From: Lachnospiraceae bacterium
Lineage (GTDB): Bacteria; Bacillota; Clostridia; Lachnospirales; Lachnospiraceae
NCBI GenBank assembly: GCA_031272985.1
Contig: JAISSU010000008.1
Span: forward strand, 38,800 to 102,799
Direction: 5' to 3'
Length of the DNA: 64,000 bases
Both the position numbers and the translations under genes were made by a program. This document shows positions 60,786-64,000 of this stretch, one piece after another. Within the stretch, counting starts at the first letter, position 1. Each line of letters starts with the position of its first letter. Below the pieces are notes generated by a model that worked only from the letters and a program-made list of their open reading frames with translations, was not told the DNA's origin and searched no databases.

Positions 60786-61086
60786 ACTCGCACAAAGCAG
60801 TTTATTAATGGTATCCCTGTTCCGGTCTAGCGGTATTGTCTGAACGGAACAGCGGTATCCGTTCCTTCAGAACACCGGTACAATTTCATAAGAATATACA
60901 TTGCTAAGGCTGGACTTGTAAGCTGTCTTGACTACTATAATGAGCGTCATGCTTTGAAGTTATGTTGAAGCGCCGTATGCCGAACGGCACGTACTGGTGG
61001 TGTGAGAGGGGAGAGAAAATCTCCCCTACTCGATTTTCTTCTTTCGCCTTCACTTGCCAATTAAAATTTTACACTTAGATGGAAAA

Positions 61087-62604
61087 TCACCAAAACCAAT
61101 GCTTTTTCTTTCGCATTAAATAGACAGTGAGCAGACCTATAAAAAGAGCACTTGGAAATACTATCATTTTCCATGTGAATTCAAAACTTGTTAGCTTAGA
61201 AGACGTAATAAGCCATTGTCCGCCATGATCAATAGAAAGTATGTCCCCCTTAACAGCATTAACATTTTCGTATCGCCCTTTTGTTTTATTATACAGATAA
61301 AGATAAGGATATTCCTCACTAAAATGTATCTCAATCTCCACTTTGCCGGGCAAGTTTTTTTCGTTATTCACAACAAAAGACAGCCCCCCATTTTCTATAT
61401 TAAATTCGATAAACGTATTTAATGAATTTTCAACGTTTTTGATGTCTTTACCATTAATAGAGACAATGTAATCCTGATAATCAACACAAAGCGTTATGTC
61501 TTTTTCGTATAATAGTTTTAGAAGACTCTCAGTGATAACCGGTAGTTCTTCCCCAGAAAAATTGATTCTATCTCCTGATTTGGCATTCTTAATTTCTTCA
61601 GAATAGATATTTGGGGGTTCTACTACTAGTTTTTCGCTTTCTACGTTGTTTGTTTGAGATTCATCGCTATCGCTTGTATCATTAACAATAATTGTTACCA
61701 CTTTGCTTGAATCCCAAGAAGAAATAATTACTGAACCAGAACCTTTGCTTTTTGCTGTTACGACTCCTTTGCTTGACACCTGTAAGATTTCGGGCTGAGT
61801 TGTTTCATAAGTTAATGCCTGATCAGCATCTTTTGGTAAAACGCTAGCACCAAGCTGATAGGTTTCTGCAACCTTCATAATTATGTACTCTTTTTTTACG
61901 TTAATAGATTGAGTTTGTTTTTTTACGGTAATTGTCCAACTTTTGCAGAATTCACCTACAGAAGCAGTTATCACCGCTTGCCCTTGTGCTATTCCTTTTA
62001 TTTGTCCGTTGGAGCTTACTGTTGCAATAGTATTATTAGAGGAAGAAAAAACAATGTCTTTGTTTGTTGCGTTTTGCGGTAGCACTGTCGCAGATAACTC
62101 TATAGTTTCATCTACTTTTAGAGTGTCTTTTAGACCAACCACTTCTATATTGGTAACAGGAACGAAAGGCGTCGTTTCAGGACTTTTGACTGCAATCTGA
62201 ATTTCCTTTTCAACTTCACCAGCTTGTACCACTATTATTGCTGTCCCAACTGACAACGCCGATATTCTTCCCAACATATTGATTGAGGCGACAGCTTCAT
62301 TTGATGATGAAAAACTCACTGCTTTATCTATTACAGTCTCGGGTAATATGGTTACAGACAGCAATTGTGATTCGCCAACTATCATTTCTTTACGATAATC
62401 ACCTAAGTCAATGTCTACCGGGACAGTGGTATATTGGGCTCCATTCGTATCACCAGCATTTTGCAAATTTGAGGCAGAACTTGACGCATAAACATGTTGC
62501 GCAAAAGCTATAGAAACTGCAAGGCATACTATGCCTGCAAAACAAATCAATCTATTAATTTTAGAGCTATTTAGCAAATCACTTATATAATCTTTTATTA
62601 ACAT
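61087..62604 (-). CDS. cell-surface protein with bacterial Ig-like (Big_2) repeats, signal peptide and C-terminal TM anchor
   Basis: 505 aa. Signal peptide; at least three Big_2-like repeats (...SVTILPETV...KAVSFSSSNEAVASI...GRISALSVGTAII...); C-terminal hydrophobic helix plus RKKKHWFW. Confidence 0.6.
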   Translation of the reverse strand: MLIKDYISDLLNSSKINRLICFAGIVCLAVSIAFAQHVYASSSASNLQNAGDTNGAQYTTVPVDIDLGDYRKEMIVGESQLLSVTILPETVIDKAVSFSSSNEAVASINMLGRISALSVGTAIIVVQAGEVEKEIQIAVKSPETTPFVPVTNIEVVGLKDTLKVDETIELSATVLPQNATNKDIVFSSSNNTIATVSSNGQIKGIAQGQAVITASVGEFCKSWTITVKKQTQSINVKKEYIIMKVAETYQLGASVLPKDADQALTYETTQPEILQVSSKGVVTAKSKGSGSVIISSWDSSKVVTIIVNDTSDSDESQTNNVESEKLVVEPPNIYSEEIKNAKSGDRINFSGEELPVITESLLKLLYEKDITLCVDYQDYIVSINGKDIKNVENSLNTFIEFNIENGGLSFVVNNEKNLPGKVEIEIHFSEEYPYLYLYNKTKGRYENVNAVKGDILSIDHGGQWLITSSKLTSFEFTWKMIVFPSALFIGLLTVYLMRKKKHWFW

Positions 62605-62638
62605 TTCTCCTCTAAATACCTGTTGTGTTCTCTGTTAG

Positions 62639-63787
62639 TTATCTTGATAATAATCCTAATGCTTCCATCAGATATTCGAAATATGAAATCTCCTCATACT
62701 TTATTCGAATCTCGACGGTTGTTCCATTTGTAAGATTAAACTTTCTTCCTGATTTACTCACCAAGTAATCATTGTCTATTTGAATTGTCACCCTAAAATA
62801 GCTATTAGTGCTTGTAGTGCCTTGTTCATTTGTGCTTTGACCTGAAGTAATATCACTATCTATTTGAATCAATTCACCATTTATCGTACCATACACCGAC
62901 TCCAATAGACCATTTACCACCACATCAACAGAATCTCCAACGTTAACACGTGGGGCATCGTTTGCGTTGATATATGCAATTATCTGATATCTTCCGTTTT
63001 CTTGGGCAACACTCCCAAGCGTATTTCCGGCTTGAATAACCATTCCCTCTTTTAACTCTTCTGTAAAAAAAATGGTACCGTTTTCATTGGCTTGAAGGTT
63101 GTAATCAGACTGCCCATCATTAATTGCATCTTTTTGCAATGTTAAATTTTCTAATTCTGCTTTATCGTTTGAAATATTCTCACTTATTGACTTTAGTGTA
63201 GAATAGTAAATCTCGCTTATCTTCCCCTCGCTTTTTTCTACCTCTGCTTGTATTTGAGAGTCTGTATAACCATAAGACTCATATACCGAGACATCAATCT
63301 CATTTTGTTTTATTTGGCTCTTATAAGCTTCAAACTGATTATAATACTCGCTGTCTTCAATATTAGTTCCTGAAAAGTAATTAACATCATCTATTATTGA
63401 TTTTTCCAGAAGCTTGAGATTCTCGATTTGTTTTTCGAAAATAGCAATTTTGCCATTCACTTGTATTAGTTGCAAATCCAAATCTGTGCTCTCAATAGAC
63501 AGGATAGTGTCACCTTTCTCTATATAATCACCATTCTTAAAAAAAATATCTTTTATTTTCCCCGAATACGCTGACATAATTAAATTTTTATTATCGCTCT
63601 CAACTTTTCCGCTCCCCTTTACGATAAAAACTTTAATTGAAAAAAAGCTCCAAATAAATGTTGCCAATAATAGCAATAACACCACGAAAATCAAATAATA
63701 TCCAAATGGCGGCACTTTTTTATCATATAGTAAACGGCTGTCTGTGAGTTCAGAGAGTTTTTTTACGTCCATATTCAAGCTATTCAC
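62639..63787 (-). CDS. HlyD-family secretion accessory protein (bacteriocin/peptide-exporter adaptor type)
   Basis: 382 aa. N-terminal TM helix, long coiled coil, C-terminal beta-barrel-like domain. A GTG or internal ATG start is possible. Confidence 0.6.
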   Translation of the reverse strand: MNSLNMDVKKLSELTDSRLLYDKKVPPFGYYLIFVVLLLLLATFIWSFFSIKVFIVKGSGKVESDNKNLIMSAYSGKIKDIFFKNGDYIEKGDTILSIESTDLDLQLIQVNGKIAIFEKQIENLKLLEKSIIDDVNYFSGTNIEDSEYYNQFEAYKSQIKQNEIDVSVYESYGYTDSQIQAEVEKSEGKISEIYYSTLKSISENISNDKAELENLTLQKDAINDGQSDYNLQANENGTIFFTEELKEGMVIQAGNTLGSVAQENGRYQIIAYINANDAPRVNVGDSVDVVVNGLLESVYGTINGELIQIDSDITSGQSTNEQGTTSTNSYFRVTIQIDNDYLVSKSGRKFNLTNGTTVEIRIKYEEISYFEYLMEALGLLSR

Positions 63788-64000
63788 TTACTTTATACTC
63801 CATAAAAATATCGGCTATTAGCTCATCTTCAGTTTGGTTCACAAATACTGTGTAGCTATCCCCCTTTAGCTTTAGGTCATTTTCATATGCATAAACACCT
63901 AACTTGTCAAATGCATATTTAAGATCTTGTCCTTCACCTCTAAAATGCAGAAGAAGGCAATTATTTACCTTAACAAGTGGCTTGAAGGAAAATGGTTCAT
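63780..64000 (-). CDS. partial CDS (N-terminus off window): C-terminal fragment, possibly GyrI-like/effector-binding domain
   Basis: The open frame runs in from the window end and stops at 63780-63782 (...GDSYTVFVNQTEDELIADIFMEYKVSE*). The stop overlaps the HlyD start region. Confidence 0.25.
   Translation of the reverse strand, partial: EPFSFKPLVKVNNCLLLHFRGEGQDLKYAFDKLGVYAYENDLKLKGDSYTVFVNQTEDELIADIFMEYKVSE

Larger units (their letters stand above)
58292..60885 (+). mobile_element. IS21-family insertion sequence (istA-istB) with multiple subterminal repeats
   Basis: The left end carries repeated (G/A)ATACC....TTCCGG motifs (58292-58375). The right end carries their reverse complements (GGTATCCCTGTTCCGG, GGAACAGCGGTATCC; 60800-60885). 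Exact termini and the target-site duplication were not resolved. Confidence 0.75.
56492..61034 (+). mobile_element. group II intron (RT/maturase lacking an endonuclease domain, class C-like), interrupted in domain IV by an IS21-family element
   Basis: The 5' region resembles domain I (GTGGGCATTAGGGAAGG...; CCTGATATAAGGCGTAC, similar to the LtrB-type GATATAAGGTATAAG). The intron-encoded protein ORF lies at 57032-58255. Domain V-like AGC-GCCGTATGCC-GAAC-GGCACGTACTGG is at 60967-61000. A domain VI-like hairpin with a bulged A (GAGAGGGGA...TCCCCT-A-CTCGAT) is at 61003-61034. Boundaries are approximate. Confidence 0.6.

Overview
This window is the replication-origin region of a Firmicutes (Clostridia-like) chromosome, with core origin-linked genes followed by accessory genes, degraded genes and mobile elements.

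The origin block has the canonical order. On the minus strand: gyrA, gyrB, recF, yaaA (S4 domain), dnaN, dnaA. Between them lie DnaA-box clusters and the rpmH promoter. On the plus strand: rpmH, rnpA, yidD, yidC, jag/khpB, mnmE, mnmG, rsmG. Next come three perfect parS palindromes upstream of parA (soj), parB (spo0J), a DUF4446 gene and serS.

Downstream of serS the content becomes accessory:
- A divergently promoted glycerate/serine-type metabolic cluster: ornithine-cyclodeaminase-family protein, MOFRL glycerate kinase, D-2-hydroxyacid dehydrogenase, and an enolase paralog that has lost two catalytic residues.
- A same-strand run of two tandem WYL-domain regulators, a 400-nt structured non-coding gap, an SPFH/band-7 protein, an RtcB RNA ligase, a GNAT acetyltransferase and a Dabb-domain protein. 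The gap carries a tRNA T-arm mimic. This run is the best candidate for an undescribed, regulated RNA-repair module.
- An I42 (chagasin-like) lipoprotein, a MacB/FtsX-type ABC exporter, two decayed AAA-ATPase genes, a pentapeptide-repeat protein, an HD protein and an ECF sigma/anti-sigma pair.
- feoA-feoA-feoB plus an unannotated Cys-rich micro-protein, then a DUF4143 ATPase, tRNA-Arg(CCT), and a TelA/XpaC/vWA trio.
- A decayed AbiEi/AbiEii toxin-antitoxin remnant.
- A group II intron (RT/maturase without an endonuclease domain) whose domain IV is interrupted by an IS21-family element (istA, istB); the intron's domains V and VI are recognisable downstream of the IS.
- At the window end, an Ig-like (BIG2) surface protein and an HlyD-family export-accessory gene.

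A palindromic repeat family with core GTCGGGGGT(A/G)TCCCCTGAC recurs at four intergenic sites. A 16-bp palindrome, GTTAG(T/C)(C/G)ATGACTAAC, sits upstream of both the ABC exporter operon and the feo operon.
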